A stretch of 64,000 nt of DNA from the human T2T-CHM13v2.0 reference genome, Homo sapiens. A program made the translations under genes and the position numbers. Under the pieces are notes generated by a model. It did no database searches. It saw only the letters and a list, made by a program, of their open reading frames with translations, and was not told where the DNA came from. Positions 39,897 to 52,452 of this stretch are shown piece after piece; the first letter of the stretch is position 1, and each line of letters begins with the position of its first letter. The DNA is taken from NCBI RefSeq assembly GCF_009914755.1, contig NC_060935.1; one strand, given 5' to 3'.

Positions 39897-41508
39897 TCTT
39901 GACCAAACCTGGAACTGGGAACCTCTCTTGTAAGGTAAGAGAGCCACCAGGGCTGAAGTGGAGGACTGATTGGCTCCGGGCTAGGAAGATGAAAGATAGA
40001 TATGAGTGAGAAAGCTCTGAGATGCTGAGTTCTAAGCAGAGATTCAAAGACTCAGATTGCCAAATACCAAGTTGTTCTGGAGTATAGATCTCTTAGGATT
40101 CAGAGTGGGCTGGAGGCAAATTGCACAGATTGATTTAAGTGAGAGTCAGCTCCAGATCAGTCTCAGAACCCAAATAACAGAATCTGGGCAGAGAGCCCAC
40201 ACAGCTTGGTTTGTGGGCAGATGGTTGTATGCTCTTGCAATCTGAGTTCTGTGAGTGCATATGACCTGCCCAGTGAGCCCACAGGAAGAGTCCACATTGC
40301 AGATGTTGGGTCATCTGATAGAAGGACTGTCTACTAGACAGGCCAAGGGACTCCAATATTGGCTCCCCAACTCTGCTCCAGGGGGGGCTTCCTGCCTTTG
40401 GGCACCTTCTTCCCATCTCCCCTATCACCCCCACTCCTCAGAATGAATGGAGGTTCTGCTTCCTCATCACCACCTTCAGTGAAGGACCAGGTTCAAAGCA
40501 CCTGTTCTGAATCCAATCTGCAGGTTCCTGAACAGGGGCCCAATGGCTTGACAAGGTGGCTGAGTCAGCTACCCGTGGGTCCCATTTCCATCACGAGCTC
40601 TTAGGAGGCAGATGTGGCCTCTGTCCCTGTTTAGCATAGTGCTGGGTGCAGTTCACGCTGAGGCTGAAAAAAGTGATGCAGTGATTTGAAGCACAGTGCT
40701 TGGGCTAGGGGGAGGAGGTGACATCTGAGCCAACACGGCTACTCATTTTTCAGCAGAGCTGAAGGAGCAGGGCAGGTTGGGCTTGGGCCGTGGACCAGCA
40801 TAGAGATGGACATCTTGAAAAGTGACACCCTGCACTGAAATCCATCCTTGAACGCTTCCTGGCCAGGCAGCCTGGGAAGGCCATGTGAGGACACCCTCTT
40901 CCTGCAGAAGCTCCCTCTGTCCTCCTTCCTTGCTCCTCCCTTGTTGGTTAGGCTTTGGTAATTCTCCCTTCTCCAGCTGCCACCCCTTGGATGTGAAGTT
41001 TGTGGCCAATGTAGAGATTCATGAAGGTGAGAGCGGGGAGAAGGGGAGCAGTCAAAGTTCGTTCTGTGTCGCTTTTTGGTGTAGCTGGGTATTGCAGAGC
41101 AAGAGAAACAACAGAGGAGAAAATGAAGGCTGGACAAAAGCTATCAGCTTGGCCAAGGTAGCTATTAGTAGGCAGAACTGGGATTTGATTCCAGAAACTC
41201 ATGGCTCTGGAGCCTGGATTCCATTTGTTCCACCTCATCTGAGCTGTCCTTTGAGGCTGTATTTAGAGTCACCATTCCACACTGGGGTAGCAGGAGGGCT
41301 ATTGTGCTTTTGCATACAAGTTATACCTGTGAGGATGTTAGGTCTACAAATGTAGAAATAGCTTGGAGCCAAGCTGTCGATAGAATAATTGCCACAGTAT
41401 GTTTTTGATTTTCGAGGTCAGTAGACAGTGTCTTTAATTCTCTCCTACTTACTTTCACTGGGTTCAAAGACTTACAGTAGAGAGGACAGAGGAAACTCTA
41501 GGGATTCC

Positions 41509-41556
<48 letters not shown>
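41509..41556. repeat. (TA)n(TG)n(TA)n compound microsatellite
   Basis: Directly visible. Confidence 0.95.
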
Positions 41557-41557
<1 letters not shown>

Positions 41558-43189
41558 AATCTGGAAGTAGAACCTCTCTACTTTAAACCAAAATGAATGA
41601 TTTTTCCTTAAAAGGCAAACTCCTCATGACTTGCCCTTCAAAGGCTTTGCCCTGAGCCCTATAACCAGGAGGATCAAATGCCCTAGTTTGCCCCAGTTTC
41701 AATTTACATCTGTCATCACAGCATAATTACTAACAATGCCTCCTTGCACTCTCAGAGTTTGCCAGTTTGGATGACAAATTTCCCACAGCGACTGGCCTTT
41801 CAGCTCAACATTGAGCATGCACTTGGGGGTAGGTGAAGAGGGTAAGTGAGCTGAGCACAGATGAAGCAGGGCTGGGATTCCCTCAACTCCCCCAGCTCCT
41901 AGCACCCACCTCTGTCACACCAGGGGCCACCAGGCGCAAAATCAAGACCTGGAGCCAGAATGGGGAGAAAAGCAGAAGAGCTTCCCCTGTTCAGCTGCCT
42001 CTCTGCTTTCCAGGAATTTCAGGAAAATACCTGCCCTGTGTTTCTGCCCTTCCAATCCGCCCATCCTCAGCACCTGGGTTTGATGTTTGCTCTGTGGAGG
42101 GAAGTGCTGGCTGAGGCCCCCAAGGCACAGTGCATGCTGGCGACCTCAGCTTTTCCTAAGGCTGTCAGGCTGAGTGCCATCCAGGGTCTGAGGCTGCACT
42201 TCCTTTCCTTGGCTATTTTCAGAGCATGTTGCTGTTGGGGAAGGGAAGGCCCAGAGGGGCTGGAGGTGGGGTGTGGTGTCTCCAGGGACCCCTGGAGCTG
42301 CAGGGAATGAGGCTTCTCCAGCAGGAGGGGCCTCAAGTGCCCCAGGCCCCCAGAGCACAGATATTTTGGCAGGTCCTTCTGAGGAGGCAAAGCATGGCCC
42401 CTGGCTTCTCAGGAGGTGAATGAGCTATTGTTTTGAGACTCCTGTTCCTCCACTGGCAGCTCAGGCATATAGGCCGAACACAGAGTACAATGTTCTGCGG
42501 TGGTTGCAGCCTATACTTGCATCTGAGCGCTGCCCTTTACCTGCTGTGTGATTTCAGACCACCTGCTTACATTCTCTGAGCCAGAGGGGGGCTCTTCTTC
42601 ATAAAATGGGGAGAATAATAATCACCCTGCAGTTTGATGTCTGCATTAAATTAAAGAAAGTCCTCTATGATGCCTCGCACAGGGAAGGTGCTCAGTTACC
42701 ACCTCCTCCTCGTGGCTCAAAGTCATTTGCTTCATTCATTTAACATTTTGCAGATCTGTGTGGAGCCAGGTATAGCTCCACCTACACTTTCTTGAGGAAT
42801 CTACTTTCATAAAGTCAGTGCTTAATTAATATTCAAGACTTTTAACGTCTATTTCCTTCAGGTCACTAGTTCAAGCCATGAATGAATGAATGAAAAAGAA
42901 ACCACTTGCTTTGTTAAAGATGTTACATGCTGTGGGGGAACAATCAAGGTGAATCTGCCTTCAGGAAGTTTTCGGGTCTCACAGGAGAAAACATTCTTCC
43001 AGCAATTATAGAAACTAGAAAGGTTGGGCCCAACCAAAGAAGCACTGTGATTAGAGAAGAGAAAGCTGAGGCTTTGTTAGGAAGGATGGGATGGGGCCTT
43101 GGGCAAGTGACTTCACCTCTCTGAACCTCACCTTCCTCCTCTCCACTATTGGGATAACACTACCTACCTCCCAGAGGGAATATAAATAT

Positions 43190-43460
43190 CCGCTCTGTCG
43201 CCCGGGCTGGAGTGCAGCGGCACGATCTTGGTTCACTCCAACCTCCGCTTCCTGAGTTCAAGCGATTCTCCTGCCTCAGCCTCCCGAGTAGCTGGGATTA
43301 CAGGCACCCGCCACCACGCCTGGCTAATTTTTGTATTTTTAGTAGAGACACGGTTTTGCCATGTTGGCCAGGCTGGTCTCGAACTCCCGACCTCAGGTGA
43401 TCTGCCTGCCTTGGCCTCCCAAATTGCTGGGATTACAGGAGTTAGCCAGGGTTCCTGGCC
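43190..43460 (-). mobile_element. AluS lacking its A-tail end
   Basis: cgctctgtcgcccgggctggagtgcag...cctggcc; no poly-T; abuts a MIR fragment at ~43080-43180. Confidence 0.9.
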
Positions 43461-43783
43461 AAGACGTTGTTTACTTACGTCAATTAACAAGCTGCCTGAC
43501 ACTAAGCAATCATGCTATGGCACTTTTCCGTATGCGGGGGTATTCTCAGCCATACCCCAGATGTAGCACCACCACTGTTCTCCTCAGCAGCCTCTAAGCC
43601 CTTCTGGCACATTTCCCCTTCTAGTCTTCTCTAGGTTACTTTTGGTCACTTGACATGCTTTCCATCCATCCCTTTCCCTGCCCAAGCGCTTTAAGACCCC
43701 ATTGGAGTCCCATCTTCCCATGAAGACTCCTCAAGTTCATCTCCTCTGAGCTTCTTCCTTGGCTTGGCATGCAGCCTTGGTCC

Positions 43784-44511
43784 TAAAACCGCCTTTGCAA
43801 AATTATGACAGTGAGAAAAATCTAACATGGCTGCCTCCATCTTGCTTCTAACCTCCAAGCTGTCCTTGGTCATTACCGGGCATGGGCCAACCTAACTTTC
43901 AGAGGAATTTAGTTTATAGTTTAACCTTAAAGCAAGGATGATAATAGTGCTTCTCAAAACTAAACTGCCTTCATAAAACTAATGAAAGGCCACAAGGTTA
44001 GGGTTATGAGAGGGGCCTGAATTCTGCTAAGGTGTAGCTGTGGTTAAACGATAACCAGCCGTTGTTCCAGAGGTCACAAGATTTATAACATCCCCAATCA
44101 CTCCTGTACATAACATCACTATTGTAGAACCTAAGATTGGCCTTTTGAGATGTCTTTTCAGACTTTTGCATTTCTGATGATTGGCTAATTCTACCTAGAC
44201 TTGTGACTCATGATACAACGAGACCCATGGCCTCCACCCAGAGGTGGACTCAGTGCATAAGGACCAATTTCCACACCTCTGTAATTTCATCCCCCAACCA
44301 ATCAGCACTCCCTAGCCCCCTGCCCACCAAGCTATCCCTTGCCCAACTCCTAACCTTGGAACTTCCAGGGAGATTGATTTCAGTAATAATTCTGTCTCCC
44401 ACGTGGTATGGCTGGTCTTGCGTCAGTTAAACTCTTTCTTTATTGCAATGCCATGGTTTTGGTGAATTGGTTTTGTCTGTGTGATAGGCAGGAAGATCCC
44501 ACTGGGCTATG
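43784..44511 (+). mobile_element. LTR8-family (LTR8A/B-like) ERV1 solo LTR
   Basis: aaaccgcctttgcaaaattatgac...ctccatcttgcttctaacctccaagctgtcc matches the LTR8 5' end; ~730 bp. Confidence 0.8.
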
Positions 44512-45508
44512 TCTTCTCTCTCCATTGGATGGTTGGATTCTTATAGATAGAATAGTTGGTTCCTTATAGACAGGAAATCTTTCTTTTTGTTCTCCTCTTA
44601 GTGCCCAGGGCTGGGTCATGCATATAGTGATATCTATGGATAACTTAAAGAACGTCAGAAACGGCCTCCTCCTAGAACCAAGTTTTTGTGGGAAGACAAA
44701 CTAGAGAACAGCTGAGTGATTTTCCACAAATTCTTCTATTTCCCAGCAATAGCTTCAAGATCACATCTCTCCTATCCTCTACCCCATGTTTCCCAACACA
44801 GAGTTCTGGGTTTGCAGAAACCCAAAGGATTAGGGGACCCCAGGGTCCAAGGAGGTAGCAGAAAGCTGTGTTTCGGCATTCTGGAGCTTGATGCTGGGAG
44901 TATAAACATCCTTGCCAGACAAAATATTGGCCCCAGAGCAAAGGCTGGTGGCCACCTTGGCCTTCTTTGCCATTCAGGCCTGGTATCTGCAAGTAGCCCT
45001 TTCCTAGCCAAGAACAACAAGCCATGGCTTAGAAGGAACGACATGTGTGAGTATGTGTAAGAGTGCAGAGAAGGCTGAAGGGGAGGGGAAGAGGTGGGGC
45101 CAAAGCTTCATACAGGTTGAACCTCCAAGTTTGGGTAGAAGTGGAGATATGGGAACTGCATGAACATGTTTTTAGCTATGGCATTCTTCCTTCAAACTAA
45201 AGTTTACTTAGTTTGTACATAAAACAAACCAAGGTGGAGCCGCTCAGGGTGAACCTGGGGCTGAGAGCGGACCGTGGAATCTCCACCAAGCACACGGCCA
45301 GAATTGCTGGCATCACAGACCTCATTCTTCTTGCCAAAAAAGGAGGGATATTAGTGGGTTTTTTTTTCTGTTTTGTTTTTGTTTTTGTTTTTTTTTTCTT
45401 CCTAAAATTCCTAGAATAGATAGTACTTGACATTTAGCGTGCACTTGGGTTTCCCCATCTTTCCAGGGGGTTATGCAACCTGAAGGTCACATTCCTGCTT
45501 TAGGCTCC

Positions 45509-45930
45509 GGTCTCTCCCTTCTGCTATAGCACAACGCGTCTGAGTGTGATGGCGAGTGGATGGAAGGTTCTGCAGGCTCAGAAAAAGACTGTTAAGTGGG
45601 CCATGTACTTAACAGCATTGTTTTTGTCTGGGGTGGAGGCAGCAGGATACCCCGAGAGGGACTGTTGTGTGTATCATGGTGTGTGAGGTGTAGCGATCTG
45701 GGTGTCTGTGTGAGGCCTGGTCTCTCCCTTCTGCTATAGCACAACGCATCTGAATGTGATGGTGAGTGGATGGAAGGTTCTGCAGGCTCAGAAAAAGACT
45801 GTTAAGTGGGCCATGTACTTAACAGCATTGTTTTTGTCTGGGGTGGAGGCGGCAGGATATCCCGAGAGGGACTGTTGTGTGTATCATGGTGTGTGAGGTG
45901 TAGCGATCTGGGTGTCTGTGTGAGGCCTGG
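45509..45930. repeat. 210-bp tandem duplication (2 copies)
   Basis: Copy 1 45509-45718, copy 2 45719-45928; 5 substitutions counted. Confidence 0.95.
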
Positions 45931-46691
45931 GTGGAGGCCTGTGCACGTCTTCTGTGTGTGGTCTTTCCAGCCTCACACTCACGGAAAGCTCTGGTTTGGA
46001 TGTCACTCTCAGCATTAGAGGCCTTTGGGCTGCTTCCAGCGGAGCTGGTTGGTGTTGAAGGATTATGGGTGATGGCTGTGGGAATGGCACCGCCTGCCTG
46101 GCCTTGGAGGTGGCTGGTTTCCTCTGTATCCCTGGGGGTGGGCAGTGGTGTCACAAGCTGTGTGGGAAAGGAGGGCTACTCGGGGTGGAGCACAGGACAG
46201 CTTGGGTGTTGCCTGGGAGGCGTCAGGGAGGAAGGCAGACGTGGGAGTCTTGGGGAATAAGGAGAAAAGGGTTTGAAAACCAGGATAAGGCATTTATCCA
46301 GCACTTGGCTGTCTTTATCTCTTAAAATTAAAGCCAGGCCTCTCCTGGAACGTTCCACTTGGGATTCTGCTGGGAAATTAAAAAGACTGGGGAGGGGTGA
46401 GTGGTGAGTTGGACTTTTCTGCCTCAGTTGATTGTATATGTGCTGGGTAGGGTGACCCAGAATTTTGGTATTTATTCATTCATCAGTTAGTTTTTGAGTG
46501 TCTGCTGTATCCTAAACACTGACTTAAGAGATATGTAAAATAGAAGTCATGATCCCTGCTCTAAAAGAGCTCACTGTCTAGTGGAGAATGCAGACAAATA
46601 GACAGATGATCATATGATATGATAGCATCTTCATTTATTCATGCTGAAAAAATCAATAGTTTATATACTATTGATATAATATCCTTGGAGC

Positions 46692-46768
46692 TATATATAT
46701 GTGTATATATATGTGTGTGTGTGTATGTGTATATATACATATATATATATATGGTATATATATAAATG

Positions 46769-46800
<32 letters not shown>
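46692..46800. repeat. (TA)n/(TG)n microsatellite
   Basis: Directly visible. Confidence 0.95.
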
Positions 46801-46804
<4 letters not shown>

Positions 46805-46806
<2 letters not shown>

Positions 46807-47170
46807 CTCACATGGCTATAAAGGACTACCTGAGACTGGGTAATTTATAAAGAAAAGAGGTTTAATTGGCTCATGGTTCTGTGGGCTGTATGAGAAGCAT
46901 GGCTGGGGAGGCCTCAGGAAACTTACAATCATGGCAGGAGGTGAAGAGGGAGCAGGCATGTCTTATATGGCCAGAAGGAGGAAGAGTGTGAAGTGGGAAG
47001 TGGCACCCACTTTTAAACAACCAGATCTTGTGAGAACTCACTATCAGGAGAACAGTAAAGGGGAAGTCTGCCCCCATGACCTAATTACCTCCCACGAGGC
47101 CCCTCCTCCAACACTGGGGATTACAATTCAGCATGAGATTTGGGTGGGGACATAAATCCAAACCCTAACA
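46805..47170 (-). mobile_element. MST (MSTA-like) solo LTR
   Basis: ggctataaaggactacctgagactgggtaatttataaagaaaagagg...gagatttgggtggggaca...ccctaaca. Confidence 0.88.
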
Positions 47171-47394
47171 AGGACAATGGCAAAGCACTTGGAGAGACAT
47201 ACGTAAGATATACATTATATATACAGTACTTGGGTATATGTCATATAGAATACATATGTAATCTTCAAGTGCTTTGCCATTGTCCTTGACATCTACCAAT
47301 TCAGATAATCTCTGCAACAACCTCTGCTAATAAGTGGCATAGCTGGACTTGAACCCAGGCACTCTTACTCCAGGGTTCATTTCTTTTATTAATT

Positions 47395-47535
47395 AATTAA
47401 TTTTTATTTTTAAGAATTAACAGATATGGGGTCTCACTACATTGCCCAGGCTGGTCTCAAACCTCTGGGCTCAAGGGATCCACTTGGCCTCCCAAAGTGC
47501 TAGGATTACAGGCTTGAGCCACTGCACCCAGCCTC
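47395..47535 (-). mobile_element. Alu monomer (FLAM-like)
   Basis: ggggtctcactacattgcccaggctggtctc...ccactgcacccagcc, single arm. Confidence 0.8.
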
Positions 47536-47613
47536 TATTTCTTAATTACTCCCCCATACAGTCTCTCAACAGAGGTGGGTACAGGGTGCAAGACGAGATT
47601 ACATATATGAATA

Positions 47614-47841
47614 GAGTCAGCTCTCTGTGTCCATGGGGTTCCCCATTCATGGATTCAACCATTGGCAGATCTAAAATACAGTATTCTTGGCATGCAGAGC
47701 TCATGGATGCAGAGGGCAGATTGTTTCCATATGAAGGTTCACAGGGCTGAGTTCTTGAGCACCTGTGGATTTTGGTATCTGGGGGGTCCTGCGGATTTTG
47801 GTATCCTGGTCCAGACCGCTGCAGATACTAAGGTATGACTG
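47614..47841 (-). mobile_element. MER8 (Tigger-family MITE)
   Basis: TA-flanked; ggattcaacca...aaaatacagtatt...ggattttggtatc...tgactg|TA. Confidence 0.75.
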
Positions 47842-50134
47842 TATTTAACTCCGCTTCAGCGAGTCAGGCGAGGCTTCACAGAAAATGCATTATCTTGTAA
47901 AGACTAGTGTTCCCAAATTGTGTCTGCATCGTGTTGGGGCTGGGGAGTGGGAGGGCAGTGGGAGGTAGTCTAAGTAAGAGAGCAGAACTGCCCAGGGAGT
48001 GGAAGTGAGGGAGAGCAAAGCACCTCATTTCAGGTCGGCCCAGGGCTGGCCCAGGGAGCAGAGTGGCTCCCGGAGGATCCAGCCCAGGCCCTCCCGCCTT
48101 ACGTCAGAGAAGGCTGAGTCACGGCTCCTATCAGCTGACTGTCGGCCAGGCTCCAGGCCCTCCTGATGACAGCAGGGCTGAATCCAGCCAGTGAGGGGAC
48201 AGAGGGAGAGCAGGAGGGAGGGAAAGGTATAGGAGGTGGGGGTGGGGGTTTCAGCCAGTCTCTTTCCCAGCAGTGATGCCGTCTCAGCCACCAGTTCTCT
48301 GCCAGCGGGGTCAGCACAGGCATGGTGAGGGGGAGAGGAAGGAGCTGTCTGTAACACTGCTTAACCTCTGGCACGTGGAGTCTGATTGCCTGGGTCAGCT
48401 GCTATCTGTGTCTTGTTTAGCATCCTTTCTCCTGTGTGTCCTGCCCTCTGGCCCATCTGTCCAGCTGATGGTGGGGTTTGCAAGCAGAGGGATGCCTGTC
48501 TCCCAGCTCTGGCTGTGTTGCTCTAGCCAAACAGATGCTTGGAACAAATAAACAGGCCAGCAAGTCTTGGAGAGGTTGTCAGGCTGAGTTGAGACATGCT
48601 GTCCCTTTTGAAAGCTGTTGATGTACTTAGAAGGATCAGCATCTGGGGCCAGATCATCTCTGACTCTACATTAAAGCCAGAGTTCTCATCTTCTTCATAA
48701 TGATGGTATGTACTAGTGTTTAATGCTGCATTCTTTTCAAAGTCCCAAGATCACCAGCCAACAATTAGTTAACTGGGGCCCTGCAGTCAGGGTCTTGGAC
48801 TCCAAGTCCTGAGTGCTTTTCCTGGCCAATGCAGATTCACAACTTTGGGGGTTAGTCTCGAGAGCATTAGAAGTCCCTCAGAAATTGTGAGCTGTGAGGG
48901 GACTGACTGTGATTTCATTGGGGTTACATGTCCCTTGCTTCTTTTAGGAGAACAAGCTTGAGACACTATTGGACACACTTCTGAGGGTTTGGATCAGAGG
49001 GGCAGGGGCATATGGAGGACTGATCCCCAGAGTCAGACCTCAACCATGCTGGGGTGTAGAAATGAGCCAGGCTCAGGAATCCAGCAGACACATGCTTTTG
49101 AGCACTGCCTCCATTTGGCAGGTCCTAAACTTCTCTGAGCCTTGGTTTTCCTCCAGGTAAAGCGGGTATGGCATACATGATAGTGCTTGGCGTTTTGTGA
49201 GGATGCACTGGGTGAGCATTCAGCAACTGTAACCTCCCTTCCTATTTCTCCCTGGCTTGTTCCTCAAGTCCCTTCTTGCAGAAAGACCACAGCCAATCTC
49301 GGCCCTTTTCTTCTCCCTTGCCTTGGCTGCCTCTTGTTCATGTTGGTCGGCACTCTTAACCAGCCCCCTCGTAGTCACCCGTGAGATTGAGCACGTGGCT
49401 GCCGCACAGCCCCCCACAAACACGCTGGTAGGGGCTGAGAGGCTTGAATGAGACAACTCCGATTCTGTGCTCAGCAGCTCGGTGGCCGGCCTGTTGGGTG
49501 CATGTTAACTGTGATTATTGTTATGCAGGACTCACGAGGGAAAACTTCAGTGACTCACAAAGTCTTGGGGTTGGAAGGGACCTTTGCCATCATTCTTCCC
49601 TGTTTCCTCTTTTGGCAGATGTGGTCTCAGAGGCAGAGTCACTTCACATCTGGGAATAAATCCCAGTCCTACCTGATTCATTCATTTATTTCACCCACAC
49701 TTATTGAACACTTGCTGTGTGCACTTGCTGCTCCGAGTGTTGGTATATGACACAGTGCCGGCTGCTAAGGAGCCCATGGTCTACTTAAGGGGACAGACAC
49801 GTATGGGATGCAGTGCCCCGGGGTAAGTGCAACAATGCTAGTATGGGGGGCATTTGGAGAGCGTAGAGAAAGAGCCTCCCATACACCCTTGAAAGGCCAG
49901 CAAGTGCTTCCTGGAGTTGATGGTACCTGAGCTAAATATTAAAGAAGTAGAAGCTGGTCAGATTATGTGGAGGTTGCTGGGTGTGAGCCCACAGTGGGTA
50001 GGTTTGCTATTTCTGGTGAGAGAGACAAACACAAGTATATTCAGAGAACTAAATGGTTTCCTGGCTGCTGCACCTGGATTCTGGAGAAGTAGATCTTGAG
50101 TGTGAGTTTCTAAAAAATGAGATAAGTTAATGAT

Positions 50135-50272
50135 CTGTAATCTCAGCTACTCAGGAGGCTGAGGCAGGAGAATCGCTTGAACCCGGGAGGCGGAGGTTGC
50201 AGGGAGCCAAGACCGCACCACTGCACTCCAGCCTGGGCAACACAGTGAGTGAGACTCAGTCTCAAAAAAAAA
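50135..50272 (+). mobile_element. 5'-truncated Alu (right arm)
   Basis: ctgtaatctcagctactcaggaggctgaggcagg...poly-A; AAGTTAAT on both flanks. Confidence 0.9.
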
Positions 50273-50467
50273 GTTAATTGGTAGAGTGAACTTTTCCTCC
50301 TGAATGGGGCCTTGAAGGCATCATAGGGCATGGCAAATGGGTTGGGGTTGCCAGGCCTTGATCAGATGACTGGTGGAAACTGGCCGTGGGCTTTGAGCTG
50401 TACTTCTTGTCAGACTCTTCCCTGTGGATTACAGAAGAGCGCTTATATCTCCCAATTCACATTTGCT

Positions 50468-50543
50468 AAAAACAACGACAACAACAACAAACCAAAAAAC
50501 AAAACAAAACAAAACAAAAAAGCAAAGAATCAAACAAACAAAA
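50468..50543. repeat. (CAA)/(CAAAA) A-rich repeat
   Basis: Directly visible. Confidence 0.85.
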
Positions 50544-51747
50544 CACTGGAAGAAAAGGGTAAGGAACAGGGCACCAGATAACCAGGTTGTCTTTGAGTGT
50601 GCAGAGTGTGTGGCTGAGTGTGAGCATGTCATCTCCCAGAGGGCAGAATGCCTGAGGACAGTCCTACGTGGCCTGTGCAGTTAATACAACCGTCACAATT
50701 TTCTCAGTTACCTGCTCACTGCCCAGAGAGGACACGGTAAGTGTCACCTGGACTTCTTGGCACTTTAGGGGTTAGACGGTCACCTCGCAACAAGCCGAGG
50801 GTTCTTTTCTGAATCATTCCCTGTTATAATTCAGCATTAGGGTTCTTGGTTGTGAATTAAAAAAAAAAAACAAGCAGAAGGCAAATTGATTGGAAGGGTA
50901 TTTGGTAGCTCTTTGCTATCTGTGGGTAGTTGAGCACACCAGTCTGAGCACAAACAAAGGTCAGCAAGGCCCAGGGACATCCTACCCTGGGTGCTCTGGG
51001 CTTAGGGTGTTGCTTCTGGGTTCTCACTGTTGGATGCAACTGTCCCTGGAAACTTTTATCACACGAATGGCCTCCTGATAACCTCTAACTGATCCTGGAC
51101 TTTGCTGCATGGACACGGAATTAAAACCTGAGTGGAAGCCCCTGACTGGCTGTGCTCAGGTCACATGGCCTTGCTGAGGAAGGAGAGAAGGGAACCACGT
51201 GCCCTCTTTGGCTCCCTTAATAAAGGAACCTGTCTCCCGCCTAATTTGAAATGTCCCCCCCGGAATAGGAGAGTGTTTGAATGCTGAATGGCCCCAAATG
51301 CCAAGTAACTACCATGTTTTTTGACCTTCCAGACCCGACTTTCAGACACATTTTGCTCCCCAGCGCTGCCCACCTTTGGTTTCACAGCAGTTCTGAGGCC
51401 TGAGAAACTGAGGAGTTTTTCTGGCCACTTTTGGGAGAAGCCATCTTTTAAATTCTTGATCCGTTTCTTCAGCCCCTTCCCTGGAAACAGACACCATTTC
51501 TCTTTGAGGGAAAAGAGAAGTCATTGCCTATCTGTGAAGGGGATTCCACTTCCTCTGAGAGAGCTTCCTGTCAATAGCCTCTTCTTGTCTTATATTGTGT
51601 ACATCAGAGGCAATGAATTGAGCAGGAGGAAAGGGGCCACTTAGTCTCTGACTGTTTCAGTTTTTTCCTGCCTTGACAAATGGCAGAAATCATACTGTCT
51701 CATTGAGTAGGCCTCAAGTTAAAACACTCAGGGCCACTTAGACTATT

Positions 51748-52452
51748 CTTTTCTTTTTCTTTTTAAACAGGTTTATAATTGACATACAAAAACTGCACCT
51801 ATTTAATGTATCCAATTTGATGAGTTTGAACATATGCATGCCCCTTTGACACCATTACCACAACCAAGGTAATAGACACAGCTATCATCTCAAAAGTTCA
51901 CTTGTGTCCCCCCATTCCTTTTTTTAAGGGAAAGAACACTTAACAGGAGACATACCCTCTTAATAAAATTTTAAGTGCATGATACAGTATTGTTGACTGT
52001 GCAACGCTGTCCAGCAGATCTCTAGAACTAATTCACTTGTATGACTGTAACTTTATACCCATTGGGCAACGGATCCCCATTTCCCTTCCCTTCGGCCCCC
52101 GGCAACCACCTTTTTATTCTTTGCTTCTATGAGCCTATTTTAGATACCTCATCCAAGTGGAATCATGCAGTATTTGTCCTTCTGTGCCTGGCTCATTTCA
52201 CTTAGCATAATGTCTTCCAGGTTCATCCATGTTGTCGAAAATGGCAGGGTTTCCTTCTTTTCTCAGGCTGAAAAATTCTATTGTGTGTGTGTACCACATT
52301 TTCTTTATCCATTCATCTCTTGATGGACATTTGGGTCGTTTCCATAACTTGACTCTTCTTAACCTTGTTGCAGTGAACACGGGAGTGCAGATATCTTTTG
52401 AAGATCCTGTTTTCAATTCTTTTGGGTATATACTCGGTAGTAGGGTTGCAAA
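51748..52452 (-). mobile_element. L1MA-type 3' end
   Basis: ORF 52198-52416 (ICTPVFTA...WKRPKCPSRDEWIKKMWY) is the ORF2 C-terminus; L1MA 3' UTR motifs. Confidence 0.85.

Noticed and set aside
43537-43558. 7-bp inverted repeat GGGGTAT...ATACCCC
   Set aside because: A stem this short is expected by chance in 64 kb
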